Assembly: GCA_963725865.1 (NCBI GenBank)
Contig: CAVSAC010000012.1
Span: 576,001-640,000, forward strand
Direction of reading: 5' to 3'
Origin: Candidatus Eiseniibacteriota bacterium
GTDB taxonomy: Bacteria; Eisenbacteria; RBG-16-71-46
Length of the DNA stretch: 64,000 bases
Positions 19,626 through 34,803 of this stretch are shown one piece after another. Within the stretch, counting starts at the first letter, position 1; the number at the start of each line of letters is the position of its first letter. The translations under genes were made by a program, and so were the position numbers. Under the pieces are notes generated by a model. That model was not told the origin of the DNA, made no database searches, and was given only the letters and a program-made list of their open reading frames with translations.

Positions 19626-20927
19626 ATGTTCGAGGCGCGGGAGTTCCTGCGGGAGAAGCGGGACGGGCGGACGCACTCCCCCGAGCGCATGCACGCGTTC
19701 GTGGAGGCGTTCGCGCGCGGGGAGCTGCCCGACTACCAGGTCAGCGCGTGGCTGATGGCTGCCTTCCTGAACGGGCTCGATGAGAGCGAGACGGACGCCC
19801 TCACGCACGGCCTGCTGCACTCGGGGAGGATCTTCGACTGGAGCGCCCTCGGGCGTCCGAGCGCCGACAAGCACTCGACCGGCGGAGTCGGGGACAAGGT
19901 CTCGCTGCCGCTGGCGCCGTTGGTGGCGGCGTGCGGCGTCCTGGTGCCGATGGTGTCGGGCCGCGGTCTCGGCCACACGGGCGGCACGCTCGACAAGCTC
20001 GAGAGCATCCCGGGGTTCAGGACGACGCTGACTCCCGAGGCGATGCGCGCGCAGCTCGACCGCGTCGGAGTGGTGATGGTGGGGCAGGGCCCCGACCTGG
20101 CGCCGGCGGACGGCAAGCTCTACGCGCTGCGCGACGTGACCTCGACCGTCGAGCGTGACTATTTCATCGTGCCGAGCATCGTGAGCAAGAAGATCGCGGA
20201 GGGCGCGAACGCGCTGGTGTACGACGTGAAGTGCGGCAGCGGCGCATTCATGAAGACGCCTGCCGACGCGGGCGGGCTGGCCCGCCGCCTGGTGCGGACC
20301 ACGCGCGCGCTCGGCGCAAAGGCAGCGGCGCTGGTGACCGACATGAACCAGCCACTCGGCGCGGCGATCGGCAATGCGCTCGAGGTGCGGGAGTCGGTCG
20401 CGATCCTGCAGGGCGGTGGTCCGGCGGACGTGCGTGCGCTGACGGTCGAGCTGGCCGCGCTGATGCTCACGCTGGCGGGCGCGGAACCCGATCCCGCGAC
20501 CGCGCGCGCACGCGCCGAGCGGGCACTCGCCGACGGCTCCGCGTGGCGGCGCATGCTCGAGCTGGTCGAAGCGCAGGGCGGCGACCCGCGGAGTCTCGAT
20601 GACGGCGCGGCGAAGCTTCACCGGGCTCCGGTGAGGAGCGAGGTGAAGGCCGCCCGCAGCGGCGTGCTCGCCGAGGTGGACACGTTCGCGCTCGGGGAGC
20701 TGATGGTGACGATCGGCGCCGGGCGGCGCGCCAAGGAGGACCCGATCGACCCGCGCGTCGGCATGACGGTGCAGCGGCGGATCGGCGAGTCCGTCCGGGC
20801 TGGCGATGCGCTGGGGGTGCTCCACCTGGCGTCCGCGGACCCCGCTGCGGTGACGCGAGCCGCCGACTGCTTCCGGGTGCGCGACACTGCGATCGCTCCC
20901 GCGCTCGTGATCGAGCGCGTGGGCTAG
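19626..20927 (+). CDS. pdp: Pyrimidine-nucleoside/thymidine phosphorylase
   Basis: DKHSTGGVGDK, SGRGLGHTGGTLDKLESIPG, DVKCGSGAFMK. Confidence 0.95.
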   Translation: MFEAREFLREKRDGRTHSPERMHAFVEAFARGELPDYQVSAWLMAAFLNGLDESETDALTHGLLHSGRIFDWSALGRPSADKHSTGGVGDKVSLPLAPLVAACGVLVPMVSGRGLGHTGGTLDKLESIPGFRTTLTPEAMRAQLDRVGVVMVGQGPDLAPADGKLYALRDVTSTVERDYFIVPSIVSKKIAEGANALVYDVKCGSGAFMKTPADAGGLARRLVRTTRALGAKAAALVTDMNQPLGAAIGNALEVRESVAILQGGGPADVRALTVELAALMLTLAGAEPDPATARARAERALADGSAWRRMLELVEAQGGDPRSLDDGAAKLHRAPVRSEVKAARSGVLAEVDTFALGELMVTIGAGRRAKEDPIDPRVGMTVQRRIGESVRAGDALGVLHLASADPAAVTRAADCFRVRDTAIAPALVIERVG

Positions 20928-21012
20928 GAACGCGCCAGCGCCGGCTCGCGGAGCCAGGCTCGGTTCGCGGTTGCAGCGGCTTCACACCCCCCCGTCGCGC
21001 GGCGGCCGCGGC

Positions 21013-23148
21013 TCAGCGGCTGCGGATCCGCTCGGGCTCGCGATCGGCACGATCGAGCTGGCGCAGATCCTGGGGTGCGGGGACCGCCTCGGCCGGCGTG
21101 GGCTCGAGCGGTCGACCTGGATGCGTCGTGCAGTACTCCGTGGGCTGCGAACCTTCGTCGAACATCTCGGTGGTCACGTTCGGGCAGGCATCGGTCGCGA
21201 GCATGCCGCTCTCCGCGCAGATCTGGCGATTCACCGTTCCGACCGGCAGCGGGAAGTCCTCCGGCGGCCGGCCGCGCGTGGCGCCGATCATGAAGTCGGT
21301 CCAGATCGGCAGCGCCGCGCGAGCGCCCGTCATCCCGGGTCCAATGACACGCTTCTCGTCGAATCCCACCCAGGTCCCGCACACGAGCCCCGGGATGAAG
21401 CCGACGAACCAGGCGTCCTTGTACTCGTCCATGGTCCCGGTCTTGCCGGCGGCGGGGTACGTGAAGCCCTGGAGGCGCGCCTGGAATCCGGTGCCGTGGT
21501 CCATCACGCTCTGGAGCATCGAGGTCATGACCGAGGCGGTCTCCTCGGTGAGCACCTCGACCGGTCGCGGGGCGTCCCGTTCGAGCACGTTGCCGGCCTT
21601 GTCCTCGACCTTCAGCACGTAGAGGGGGTCGGTGCGGATACCGCGATTCGCGATCACGCCGTAGGCCGAAGTGATCTCGAGCAACGTGACCTCGCTGCTT
21701 CCGAGTGCCATCGAGAGATTCTGGCCGATCGGACTCTTGATACCCATGCGGCGGGCGTAGCTCGCCACGAGCGACGTTCCCACCTTGCGCAGCAGCTTGA
21801 CCGCGGGGATGTTGATCGACTGCTGCAGCGCGTATCGCAGCGTCACCGGACCACGAAAGGTGCGGTCGTAGTTCTGCGGCTGGTAGAGTTCGCCATTCCC
21901 GGCCGGGAAGGAGACGGGCTCGTCGACGATGATGTCGGTCGGATGGAAGCCGTTGTCGATCGCAGCCGTGTAGATAAACGGCTTGAACGAGGAGCCGGGC
22001 TGGCGACGGGCCTGTGTCGCACGATTGAAGTTGCTCTCGTTCCAGTCGCGGCCGCCGATGAGGGCGCGGATGTAGCCATTGCGGGGATCGATCGCGACCA
22101 CGGCACCCTGCAGGTAGGGCGTGCGCTGAGAGGCACGGCTCGCTTCCATCGCCGGCGCGGCGAAGGTGGCCCGGGTGGGCTTGAGCTTCAGGTCCGATTC
22201 GAGCTGAGCGAGCTGCTTCTCCAGCGCGCGTTCGGCCACCTGCTGCAAATCGATGTCGAGCGTGGTCCAGACCTTCAGGCCGCCCTCGTAGACCGCGTTC
22301 GATCCGTAGCGCTCGTCGAGGTAGAGCCGCACCATCTCCACGAAATAGGGCGCGCGATCGTTGCTGTAGCGCACGGGCGTGACGCCCAGCGGTGCGCTCA
22401 TCGCGTTGTCGAACTCCACCTGCGTGATGGCCTTGGTGGCCAGCATGTTGCGCAGCACTTTCGCGCGACGGGCCTTCACCGCCTCGGGGCGCCGACGCGG
22501 GTGGTAGAGCGTGGGATTCGCCGGCAGGCCGGCGAGCAGGGCGCACTCGGGCAGCGTGAGCTCCTGGACCGGTTTGTTGAAGTAGGTCTTCGCCGCCGCG
22601 TCGATGCCATAGGCGCCGTCACCGAAGTAGATCTGGTTGAAGTACATCTCCAGGATCTGGTCCTTCGAATACGTGCGCTCGATCTCGATCGCGAGTGCGA
22701 TCTCCTTGAGCTTGCGCGTGATGGTGCGCTCCTGCGTGAGGAACAGGTTGCGCGCGAGCTGCTGGGTGATCGTGCTGCCACCCTCCGCGCGACGCATCTG
22801 GAGGGCGTTGCTCACGGCGGCGCGTCCGATGCCCCAGAGATCGACGCCCCAGTGCGAGTAGAAGTTCCGATCCTCGGTCGCGAGGGTCGCGAGTACCATC
22901 TGGCGCGGAATGCGTCGCAGGGGGACGGGGGAGCGGTTCTCCTTGTAGAACTCGTGCAGAACGCGCCCGCGAGCATCGTAGACCACGGTCTTGACCGGGG
23001 TCTGGCGCGCGGTCATCTGCTCCGGCGTGGGGAGGTCCTGACCGAGCCAGCGAACCACGCCGAAGACCGCGCCCGCGGACCCGAACACCGCGAGGACGAC
23101 CAGGACGAGAAACAGCTTCCAGGGGAAGCGGGACAGGACATTGGACAT
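21013..23148 (-). CDS. Class A penicillin-binding protein (PBP1A family)
   Basis: TG motifs EDRNF, GGSTITQQLARN, RKLKE; TP motifs SSFK, SIN, KTGT. Confidence 0.95.
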   Translation of the reverse strand: MSNVLSRFPWKLFLVLVVLAVFGSAGAVFGVVRWLGQDLPTPEQMTARQTPVKTVVYDARGRVLHEFYKENRSPVPLRRIPRQMVLATLATEDRNFYSHWGVDLWGIGRAAVSNALQMRRAEGGSTITQQLARNLFLTQERTITRKLKEIALAIEIERTYSKDQILEMYFNQIYFGDGAYGIDAAAKTYFNKPVQELTLPECALLAGLPANPTLYHPRRRPEAVKARRAKVLRNMLATKAITQVEFDNAMSAPLGVTPVRYSNDRAPYFVEMVRLYLDERYGSNAVYEGGLKVWTTLDIDLQQVAERALEKQLAQLESDLKLKPTRATFAAPAMEASRASQRTPYLQGAVVAIDPRNGYIRALIGGRDWNESNFNRATQARRQPGSSFKPFIYTAAIDNGFHPTDIIVDEPVSFPAGNGELYQPQNYDRTFRGPVTLRYALQQSINIPAVKLLRKVGTSLVASYARRMGIKSPIGQNLSMALGSSEVTLLEITSAYGVIANRGIRTDPLYVLKVEDKAGNVLERDAPRPVEVLTEETASVMTSMLQSVMDHGTGFQARLQGFTYPAAGKTGTMDEYKDAWFVGFIPGLVCGTWVGFDEKRVIGPGMTGARAALPIWTDFMIGATRGRPPEDFPLPVGTVNRQICAESGMLATDACPNVTTEMFDEGSQPTEYCTTHPGRPLEPTPAEAVPAPQDLRQLDRADREPERIRSR

Positions 23149-23313
23149 GTCGTGGATCGTCGTGGCCGTCGCGACGCGCGGCGGACTCCTTTCAGAGCGC
23201 GGAGCCTAGAGGGGGCTGCGGAGCAGGGTCAAGGCGAGCCCTCCCCGCTTTGCGATGTGGAGGGCGCCGCATAGAATCGCCGGGCTTTCTCGACCCGAAC
23301 GAGGAGAGGCACG

Positions 23314-24561
23314 ATGGTGTGGTCGCCCGAACGACAACTGGAGATCCTGGAGCGGGGCAGCGAGGAGATCGTGCCTCGTGGCGAGTTCCTCGAGCGCCTG
23401 CGCGCGAGCGTGCGGGACTCGCGCCCTCTGCGGGTGAAGCAGGGGTTCGATCCAACGGCACCCGACATTCATCTCGGGCACACCGTCGGGCTGCGGAAGC
23501 TGCGTCAGTTCCAGGACCTCGGTCATCAGGTCGTGCTCATCATCGGCGATTACACGGGAATGGTCGGCGACCCCAGCGGTCGAAACAAGACCCGCCCGCA
23601 GCTCACCGCGGACGAGGTCGAGTCGAACGCGCGGACGTATCTCGCTCAATTCTTCAAGGTGCTCGATCCCGACCCCGCTCCGCCTCGTCTACCTGTCGAG
23701 GTACACCGCAACGGAGAGTGGTTCGCGCGGATGAGCTTCATGGAGATCCTGCGCCTGGCATCGAAGTACACGGTGGCTCGAATGCTCGAACGCGATGACT
23801 TCGCGAAGCGGTACGCCGCGCACGAGCCGATCAGCCTGCATGAGCTCTTCTACCCGCTCATGCAGGGCTATGACTCGGTCGCGGTCCACGCGGATATCGA
23901 GCTGGGCGCGACCGAGCAGAAGTTCAATCTCCTCGTCGGGCGCGTTCTGCAGGAATTGCACGACCAGCGACCACAGCTCGCGCTGACACTGCCGGTATTG
24001 CCGGGTCTGGATGGCGGGCAACGGATGAGCAAGAGCCTGGGCAACTACATCGGCGTCACCGACGCCCCGTCGGAGATGTTCGGCAAGGTCATGAGCCTCC
24101 CCGACAAGTCCATGGCGCTGTACTGGCGGCTCGTGAGCGATGCCACATCCGATGAGCTCGCCGCGATCGAGCGCGATCTCGCGGATCCGGCGGTGAACCC
24201 CATGCTCGTGAAGAAGCGGTTGGGCGAGCGCATCGTGAGCATGTACCACGGCCGGGAGGCGGCGGATCGCGCTCGGCGCGATTTCGAGGCGCAGTTCACC
24301 CGAGGAGAGGTGCCCGAATCGCTCGAGGAATTCAACAAGCTGGACGTGCTGAGAGCGCAGGGACAGGCGCCTCGGGCCGGCGTGGTGGAGTTCGTGGTGG
24401 CGGCGGGATTCGCGCGCTCGAAGAGCGATGCACGCCGACTTCTCGAGCAGGGCGCGGTATCGATCGATGGCGAGCGAGTCCATTCGCTCGACGCACGGGT
24501 CGATCTGGAAGCGGCGTTCGTGCTGCGGGCCGGTCGGAGAATGAAGCGCTACCGACCCTGA
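23314..24561 (+). CDS. tyrS: Tyrosine-tRNA ligase
   Basis: GFDPTAPDIHLGH, YPLMQGYD, RMSKS, C-terminal S4 domain. Confidence 0.97.
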   Translation: MVWSPERQLEILERGSEEIVPRGEFLERLRASVRDSRPLRVKQGFDPTAPDIHLGHTVGLRKLRQFQDLGHQVVLIIGDYTGMVGDPSGRNKTRPQLTADEVESNARTYLAQFFKVLDPDPAPPRLPVEVHRNGEWFARMSFMEILRLASKYTVARMLERDDFAKRYAAHEPISLHELFYPLMQGYDSVAVHADIELGATEQKFNLLVGRVLQELHDQRPQLALTLPVLPGLDGGQRMSKSLGNYIGVTDAPSEMFGKVMSLPDKSMALYWRLVSDATSDELAAIERDLADPAVNPMLVKKRLGERIVSMYHGREAADRARRDFEAQFTRGEVPESLEEFNKLDVLRAQGQAPRAGVVEFVVAAGFARSKSDARRLLEQGAVSIDGERVHSLDARVDLEAAFVLRAGRRMKRYRP

Positions 24562-24753
24562 TGTCCTGCGGTCGCGGTGGTATCGCGCGGGCCTCGTCGC
24601 GGCTGGCGCGACTGCGGGAGTCCCGCGCTCGGAACTGGAGGCGGCCCCCCCCGGCGGCGGCCCATCGGCGCGGGCGCGATTCCAAGTCAATGGCCCGTAA
24701 GTTGTTTGATTCAATATGGTTGGGCCAGGATAGAAATTGCATTCGCAGGTGGC

Positions 24754-24782
24754 TTGACAGGGTGGGGCGTGCCACCTATATT
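24754..24782 (+). promoter_or_regulatory. rrn promoter with AT-rich upstream region
   Basis: TTGACA-17 nt-TATATT followed by GC-rich discriminator. Confidence 0.8.
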
Positions 24783-24860
24783 GCGGTCGCCGCAGGGAAA
24801 TCACCTCTCGCAGAGAAAGTAGTTTGACTTCCGCGACATCCGAGGATAGATTCCCCGTCC

Positions 24861-24906
24861 GCCTTTTGCCTAGGCAAGAGGCGCAAGGCACTACGCTCTT
24901 TGATAA
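24861..24906 (+). promoter_or_regulatory. rrn leader antitermination signals (boxB-like hairpin plus boxA)
   Basis: gccttttgcc..gcaagaggc hairpin then GCTCTTTGATAA. Confidence 0.65.
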
Positions 24907-25046
24907 CTGAATAGCGCACGTGACGAAGGAAGCCCGGCGAGGTCCCGTCGCGCGTCGCCGTATGGACGCGTAGCGGGTTTCATTTCCTTGCAAATGATCC
25001 GTGCGGGTCGGTCGCGAGACCGAGTCGCATGATCTCCGTTTTTTCT

Positions 25047-26607
<1,561 letters not shown>

Positions 26608-26869
26608 GGGAGACACGTCGTCAGGGGCCTTCTGCTCCGTGACGGCAGATCCCAGGTCGTCCCTCCCGGGATTCCCCGTCCGTGCGCTATTCTCTCTCTT
26701 TCTGGAGCTTGGGGCTGGGAATGAGCCTGGCCGGCTTGCCGGCCAGGCTCGATTCGTCCCACCAGCGTCCAGCCAGGCGCGGGTTCCGTTCGAACCCCTG
26801 CGGGAGGGCATTGGCAGGCGCACACCGCCTATCCAGGCTCGATCTCCTTCGCAAGGTTGCTGAGGGTGT

Positions 26870-26946
<77 letters not shown>

Positions 26947-26982
26947 TCGTTCTCTGGCGCGTGTCGCGAGCTCCAAGGCTTC

Positions 26983-27058
26983 GGGGATATAGCTCAATTG
27001 GGAGAGCGCCGGCTTTGCAAGCCGGAGGCTGCGGGTTCGAGCCCCGCTATCTCCACCA
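26983..27058 (+). tRNA. tRNA-Ala (TGC)
   Basis: GGGGATA/TATCTCC stem with G3:U70, TTTGCAA loop, CCA. Confidence 0.97.
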
Positions 27059-27155
27059 GATCTGAGAGAGATCCCGTAGTTGCACTCGGGATTGATAGAT
27101 CTTGCGTGGCGCGCGTCACAGACGCGCGCCCGACGCGCCGTCTCCGACGGCGAAC

Positions 27156-27168
27156 GATCTTTGACAAT
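27156..27168 (+). promoter_or_regulatory. Spacer boxA before 23S
   Basis: GATCTTTGACAAT. Confidence 0.6.
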
Positions 27169-27222
27169 CGAATATGAGACGCTGGGTAGCCAGTTTCGAT
27201 GCACCTTGGTGATTGATATTCC

Positions 27223-30216
<2,994 letters not shown>

Positions 30217-30279
30217 GGTTTACATTCACGTAGGTGTGTCGAGTGGCACCAGCGTCTCATATCGATTGTCAGAATATAT

Positions 30280-30395
<116 letters not shown>

Positions 30396-30406
30396 TTTAT
30401 CTCGCG

Positions 30407-30440
30407 AAGGCTCCGGTGCTTCACGCACCGGGGCCTTTTT
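30407..30440 (+). terminator. rrn intrinsic terminator
   Basis: aaggctccggtgc-ttcac-gcaccggggcctt plus T-run. Confidence 0.9.
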
Positions 30441-30680
30441 GCTGGCTGAGAGGTGCAGAGTCAGGGACGGGGGCTCGGTCGCCGGTCGGAGCTTTGGTCG
30501 ATGCCGGAGCGAGTCCCGGGTCGCGCCGACGCGGCGGACGCCGTCGGCCAGCATCCTCCCCGAGGTGTACGCCGGCGGGCAGGTAGGTCCCTGGAGGCTT
30601 CGCCCGAGCTGGACGCCATCGTCCGCCCAACTCGCTGGTGTTCAACGAGGGCGACGCGCTGGGCAGGCGGTTGGCGCGCC

Positions 30681-30696
30681 GGGCACGCCGAGTGCA
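30681..30696 (+). promoter_or_regulatory. Putative sigma54 -24/-12 promoter
   Basis: GGCACG-CCGA-GTGCA, GG and GC separated by 10 nt. Confidence 0.5.
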
Positions 30697-30768
30697 TTCT
30701 GGAGCTCGTGAGCCTTGAGCACCCGGCAAGTAGCGGACCCTGCGGGATCCGCGTACGAGGAGGCCACC

Positions 30769-31569
30769 ATGTTCCGCCGCGCCCGAGTCGTCCTGCACTT
30801 CGTGTTGCTCGCGATCTCTCTTTCGGCGTCGCTGGCAGCCGCGCAGGAACCCGCCCAGGACCGTGTGCAGGCGGAGTTGGACATGACCGACCGCCGCATC
30901 GAGCAGGCCAATTCGGTGGTCTCGGGCACGGATGACGACCGCGCGCGCCTCGAATTGGGCGCCGCCATCGACGTCCAGGCCCGTGCGCGTTCCGCGTTCG
31001 GTGGTTCGCAGTACGGATTCTCCCTGCGGCTCACGCTGGAAGCGCGAGGCCACGCCGATCGGGCGATCGCCATCGTGCGTGGCCTGCCGGATCCCGATCG
31101 GGTGCGGGCACAGATCGAGCGCACGCGCGAGATGCTCGATCGTGCACGCGAGCGGATCGAGGAGTGCAACAACGACCGCGCGAGGGCGATGCTGGCATCT
31201 GCCCTGGCCATGCAGGTTCGGTCCGAGGAGGCGGCCGACGCGGGACGCTACCTCGCGGCCCTCCAGCTGACGATGAGTGCGCGCGAGCGAACCCTGCGCG
31301 CGCTGCGCCTGTGCAACATGCAGGAGAACCTCCGGGAGTCCGCGGAGCGTGCGCTGCATCGCACGGACGACCTCCTGACGCGAGTCCAAGAGCAGGTGGC
31401 CGAGCACGGCACGGATGCCGCGCGGGCCGCGCTTGGGCGGGCGCAGCAGCTCGAGGATCAGGCCTGGAGCGAGTTCCGCGCGGACCACTTCGATGCGGCG
31501 CTGCGGTTGACCCAGACCGCTCGTGCCCTCGCATACCGGGCGTTGCGCCTCGCGGGGGGCGGCGCCTGA
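30769..31569 (+). CDS. Secreted all-alpha hypothetical protein with three about 80-aa repeats
   Basis: GAGGAGG SD, signal peptide ending LAAA-Q, three alignable repeats. Confidence 0.8.
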   Translation: MFRRARVVLHFVLLAISLSASLAAAQEPAQDRVQAELDMTDRRIEQANSVVSGTDDDRARLELGAAIDVQARARSAFGGSQYGFSLRLTLEARGHADRAIAIVRGLPDPDRVRAQIERTREMLDRARERIEECNNDRARAMLASALAMQVRSEEAADAGRYLAALQLTMSARERTLRALRLCNMQENLRESAERALHRTDDLLTRVQEQVAEHGTDAARAALGRAQQLEDQAWSEFRADHFDAALRLTQTARALAYRALRLAGGGA

Positions 31570-31595
31570 GGGCGTCGGCATCGTCGGGCGCCCGC

Positions 31596-32918
31596 ATGTC
31601 GCACCGGGCCGCGCGAGATTTAGCTCCGAGCGCCCTCCGGTGGTTCGTACTTCTGATGATCCTGCTCCCAGCGAGGGGCCACGCGGAATCTCTCCCGGAC
31701 TCGATCGGCGTCCACGCCGAGGTCGGCGCCGGCACGGATCTCTCCAACGAGATCTTCTACGAGGACGCCTACTCCGACACCACGTTCCTGGGTCGCCGCC
31801 TGGTCGGGGACCCTGAGACGCGGTGGTCGGTGCTCGGGCTGGTCGCCCTCGAGGGCACGCGCTCCCACGGTCGCACCCGTTACCGGCTTCAGCAGGACGC
31901 GAGCGTTGGCGATCGGGTCCAGCGCGGAGCCCTCACCGGTCTTGCCGCGGGGAACCTGGGGGCGAGCGGCGGATGGACGGTGGCCCCACGCGTCGAGTTC
32001 CGCCACGACCAGACCTTCGACCGCGACCTCTCTGAATGGCAGGGCGAGCTGGGAGCCAGGTTCCTGCGTGCATTCGACGATGCCGTGACCGATGCCGAAC
32101 TCGGCGTACGCGCGGAGATCCTGCGCTCCGCGGGCATCGGCTCAGAGTTCGTTCCGGACCGCGAATCCGGTCGCCTCAGCCTCGTGTTCACGCACGCACC
32201 CCTGTTCGGGACCGAGTGGCGATTCGGATACTCGTTGGCGGCGCGTACGTTTCCGGACTCGACGAGCCGTGACCATCTCGAGCACGGTCTCGAGGCCCGG
32301 GTGCGCGTGGCCTCCAAGGGCGGGCACGTTCTCACGTTCGAATCCGAGCTGGCGCGCCGAAAGACCGTGCGGCCCGCGCCCACCAGCCGCGACGACCTGC
32401 TCGAAGGCCAGGCGCGGCTCGATGGCCTGTTGCGGCTCGGAGACGCATGGTCGTTGACGAGCGGCGGCGAGCTGGAGTCCATGCACTACGACGCGCAGGA
32501 CAGCGCGCTCTATTTCGACTACACGGTCACTCGTGCCCGGCTCGCGGTGAAGTTCGAGAGAGTGGGCTGGTCGCTCGCAGTGGGCCCGCGCGGCGAGGTG
32601 CTCAGCAGTCGCCTCGCACCCGCCGAGCGCTATCAGGAGATCGCGGGAGTTCTCGAGCTCGAGCTGCTCAACAGTGGGGCCTGGTGGTCCATCGCGCCGG
32701 CAGGGGGCTGGCGCGACTACGAGGAGGTGCCGCCCGCCGCGCTCCCAGGTCTGCATTCCTCCTACGCCTACGCCGAAGCGGTGGCGCTCGCCGATCAGGC
32801 CCTTCCCGGACGCCTGCGATTCCGGGCGACCGGCTTGCTCCGCCTCGAACGCCACGTCGACCGGGCGCAGGACGCGCGCAGTCTTTACTTCTCGCTCGAG
32901 CTGCGTAAACTCCTCTAG
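31596..32918 (+). CDS. Hypothetical outer-membrane beta-barrel protein (start uncertain)
   Basis: Signal peptide (..RGHA-E), alternating amphipathic strands, C-terminal strand SLYFSLELRKLL. Confidence 0.7.
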   Translation: MSHRAARDLAPSALRWFVLLMILLPARGHAESLPDSIGVHAEVGAGTDLSNEIFYEDAYSDTTFLGRRLVGDPETRWSVLGLVALEGTRSHGRTRYRLQQDASVGDRVQRGALTGLAAGNLGASGGWTVAPRVEFRHDQTFDRDLSEWQGELGARFLRAFDDAVTDAELGVRAEILRSAGIGSEFVPDRESGRLSLVFTHAPLFGTEWRFGYSLAARTFPDSTSRDHLEHGLEARVRVASKGGHVLTFESELARRKTVRPAPTSRDDLLEGQARLDGLLRLGDAWSLTSGGELESMHYDAQDSALYFDYTVTRARLAVKFERVGWSLAVGPRGEVLSSRLAPAERYQEIAGVLELELLNSGAWWSIAPAGGWRDYEEVPPAALPGLHSSYAYAEAVALADQALPGRLRFRATGLLRLERHVDRAQDARSLYFSLELRKLL

Positions 32919-32986
32919 CGCGCCGGCTCGGAACGCTCCGCAGTCGACGCCCATGCTCGATATCGATGGGACCAAGGAGGGTTCGC

Positions 32987-34720
32987 ATGTCCGGACGCCG
33001 TGGCGTCCTCGTCTTCGTCGGCGCGCTCACGCTGCTCGGCGCGCTCGTTCTGGCCGGCGCGATCGCGCTGCGTCGCCCCGCTTCTCCGGCGTACGCCGCG
33101 TCGATGCTGGTGTTCGACGTCCCGAGCGAACTCGAGGAGTCGCCTCCGATCTATGGACCGTTCTCGTTGCGGACGTTTCGCACCAGCCGGTTGCAGGTAC
33201 GCGACGTGGTACGCGCGCTGCACCACGCGGCGAGCGACGAGCGGATCGAGGGGCTGGTGCTCCATATCGACGAGGTCGATTGGGGTTGGGCCCGAATCGC
33301 GGAGGTGCGGGACGCGGTGCTGGCGTTCCGGCACTCGGGGAAGCCCGTTTTCGCGAGCGTGGCCGGAGGAGGCGAGCGCGAGTACCTGCTCGCCTCGGCG
33401 GCGGGGACCGTCTGTGCGCCGCCCACCGGGCAGCTTCAATTGGATGGGCTCTCGCTCACCGCGACTTTCTTCCGCGGGTCCTTCGACAAGCTGGGGGTGA
33501 CGCCCAACTTCGTGCAGATCGGAGCCTACAAGTCGGGCACCGAGCCCTATCTGCGGAGCGGGCTGTCCGGGCCCGCACGCGAGGCCCTCGATGCGCTGCT
33601 CGACGACGAGTACGCGCTGCTGTGCGACAGCCTGGGGAGCGCCCGCGGACTGGATCCGGACACCGTGCGGGCGATCCTGGACCGCGGCCCCTTCACCGCC
33701 ACCGAGGCGCGCGCCTGCGGCTTGCTCGATACGCTCCTTTACGAAACCGAAGTGGACTCGCTGGCGACGCGAGAAGGGCAACGATCGCTGCCCTCGGTCT
33801 CGCTCGTGCGCTACCTGGACCGGATGTCCCCGCGGCGAAACGGCCCCCACGTGGCGTTCGTCGTGGCCTCCGGCGCGATCGCTCCTGGGCGCAGCCGCGA
33901 GGATCCGATGGACGGTCGAGTGCTCGGGAGCGAGACGCTCATCCAGGCGCTGCGTGACGCTCGGACCCACAAGTCCGTCAAGGCGATCGTGCTTCGCATC
34001 GACAGCCCCGGCGGTTCGGCGCAGGCATCGGACGATCTGTGGCGTGAGGTCGTGCGCTGCCGTGACACCAAGCCCGTGATCGTCACCATGTCGGACGTCG
34101 CGGCCTCCGGCGGGTACTACATCGCCGTCGCAGGTGACGTCCTGCTCGCCGAGCCCTCCACGCTGACCGGCTCCGTCGGCATCTATGGCGGCAAGCTCAA
34201 CATCGCGGGGCTGTATCGCAAGCTCGGTCTGAGCGTCGAAACCCTCGACCGCGGACGCCATGCCTCGATGCTGTCCGCGTTCCGGGACTTCACGCCCGAG
34301 GAACGCAGGCTCTACGAGCGCCACCAGCGCGAGTTCTACCAGGGCTTCCTCGAACGGGTGGCGAAGGGCCGTGGTCTCACGGTGCCGGAGGTCGACTCGA
34401 TCGCTCAGGGGCGCGTCTGGAGCGGGCTCGCCGCCTACGACCTCGGCCTCGTCGACGGGCTGGGTGGGATCGAAGACGCGTTCTCCATCGCCCGCGAGCG
34501 GGCGGGACTGCGTCCCGACGAAGAGATCGTGGTGGACGTCTATCCCAAGGCCGAGCACCCGTTCCTCAGCCGACTTCTCGAGGACTGGCTGGGTGAGGAC
34601 GACGCGGGCGCGAGTACGCGTCTGGCCCTGCCCGAGGTCGTCCAGGCATGGCTGGTCGCCGCGCGACTGCCGTCCGGCGCGCCGCTGGCGATTCTGCCGT
34701 GGTCCATCGATATCCGCTGA
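32987..34720 (+). CDS. sppA: Signal peptide peptidase SppA (67K type)
   Basis: YKSG.EP, LRIDSPGGS, AASGGYY, TGSVG, QGRVWSG; AAGGAGG SD. Confidence 0.95.
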   Translation: MSGRRGVLVFVGALTLLGALVLAGAIALRRPASPAYAASMLVFDVPSELEESPPIYGPFSLRTFRTSRLQVRDVVRALHHAASDERIEGLVLHIDEVDWGWARIAEVRDAVLAFRHSGKPVFASVAGGGEREYLLASAAGTVCAPPTGQLQLDGLSLTATFFRGSFDKLGVTPNFVQIGAYKSGTEPYLRSGLSGPAREALDALLDDEYALLCDSLGSARGLDPDTVRAILDRGPFTATEARACGLLDTLLYETEVDSLATREGQRSLPSVSLVRYLDRMSPRRNGPHVAFVVASGAIAPGRSREDPMDGRVLGSETLIQALRDARTHKSVKAIVLRIDSPGGSAQASDDLWREVVRCRDTKPVIVTMSDVAASGGYYIAVAGDVLLAEPSTLTGSVGIYGGKLNIAGLYRKLGLSVETLDRGRHASMLSAFRDFTPEERRLYERHQREFYQGFLERVAKGRGLTVPEVDSIAQGRVWSGLAAYDLGLVDGLGGIEDAFSIARERAGLRPDEEIVVDVYPKAEHPFLSRLLEDWLGEDDAGASTRLALPEVVQAWLVAARLPSGAPLAILPWSIDIR

Positions 34721-34751
34721 GAGGCGCGCGACCCAGCCGACCGTAAGCCGA

Positions 34752-34778
34752 CGAGGCGGGCCCAGAGGGCCCGCCTCG
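34752..34778. terminator. Hairpin between convergent sppA and cytochrome c
   Basis: cgaggcgggccc-aga-gggcccgcctcg. Confidence 0.6.
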
Positions 34779-34803
34779 CGGTCGACAGCCGAGCTTCGCT
34801 CGA

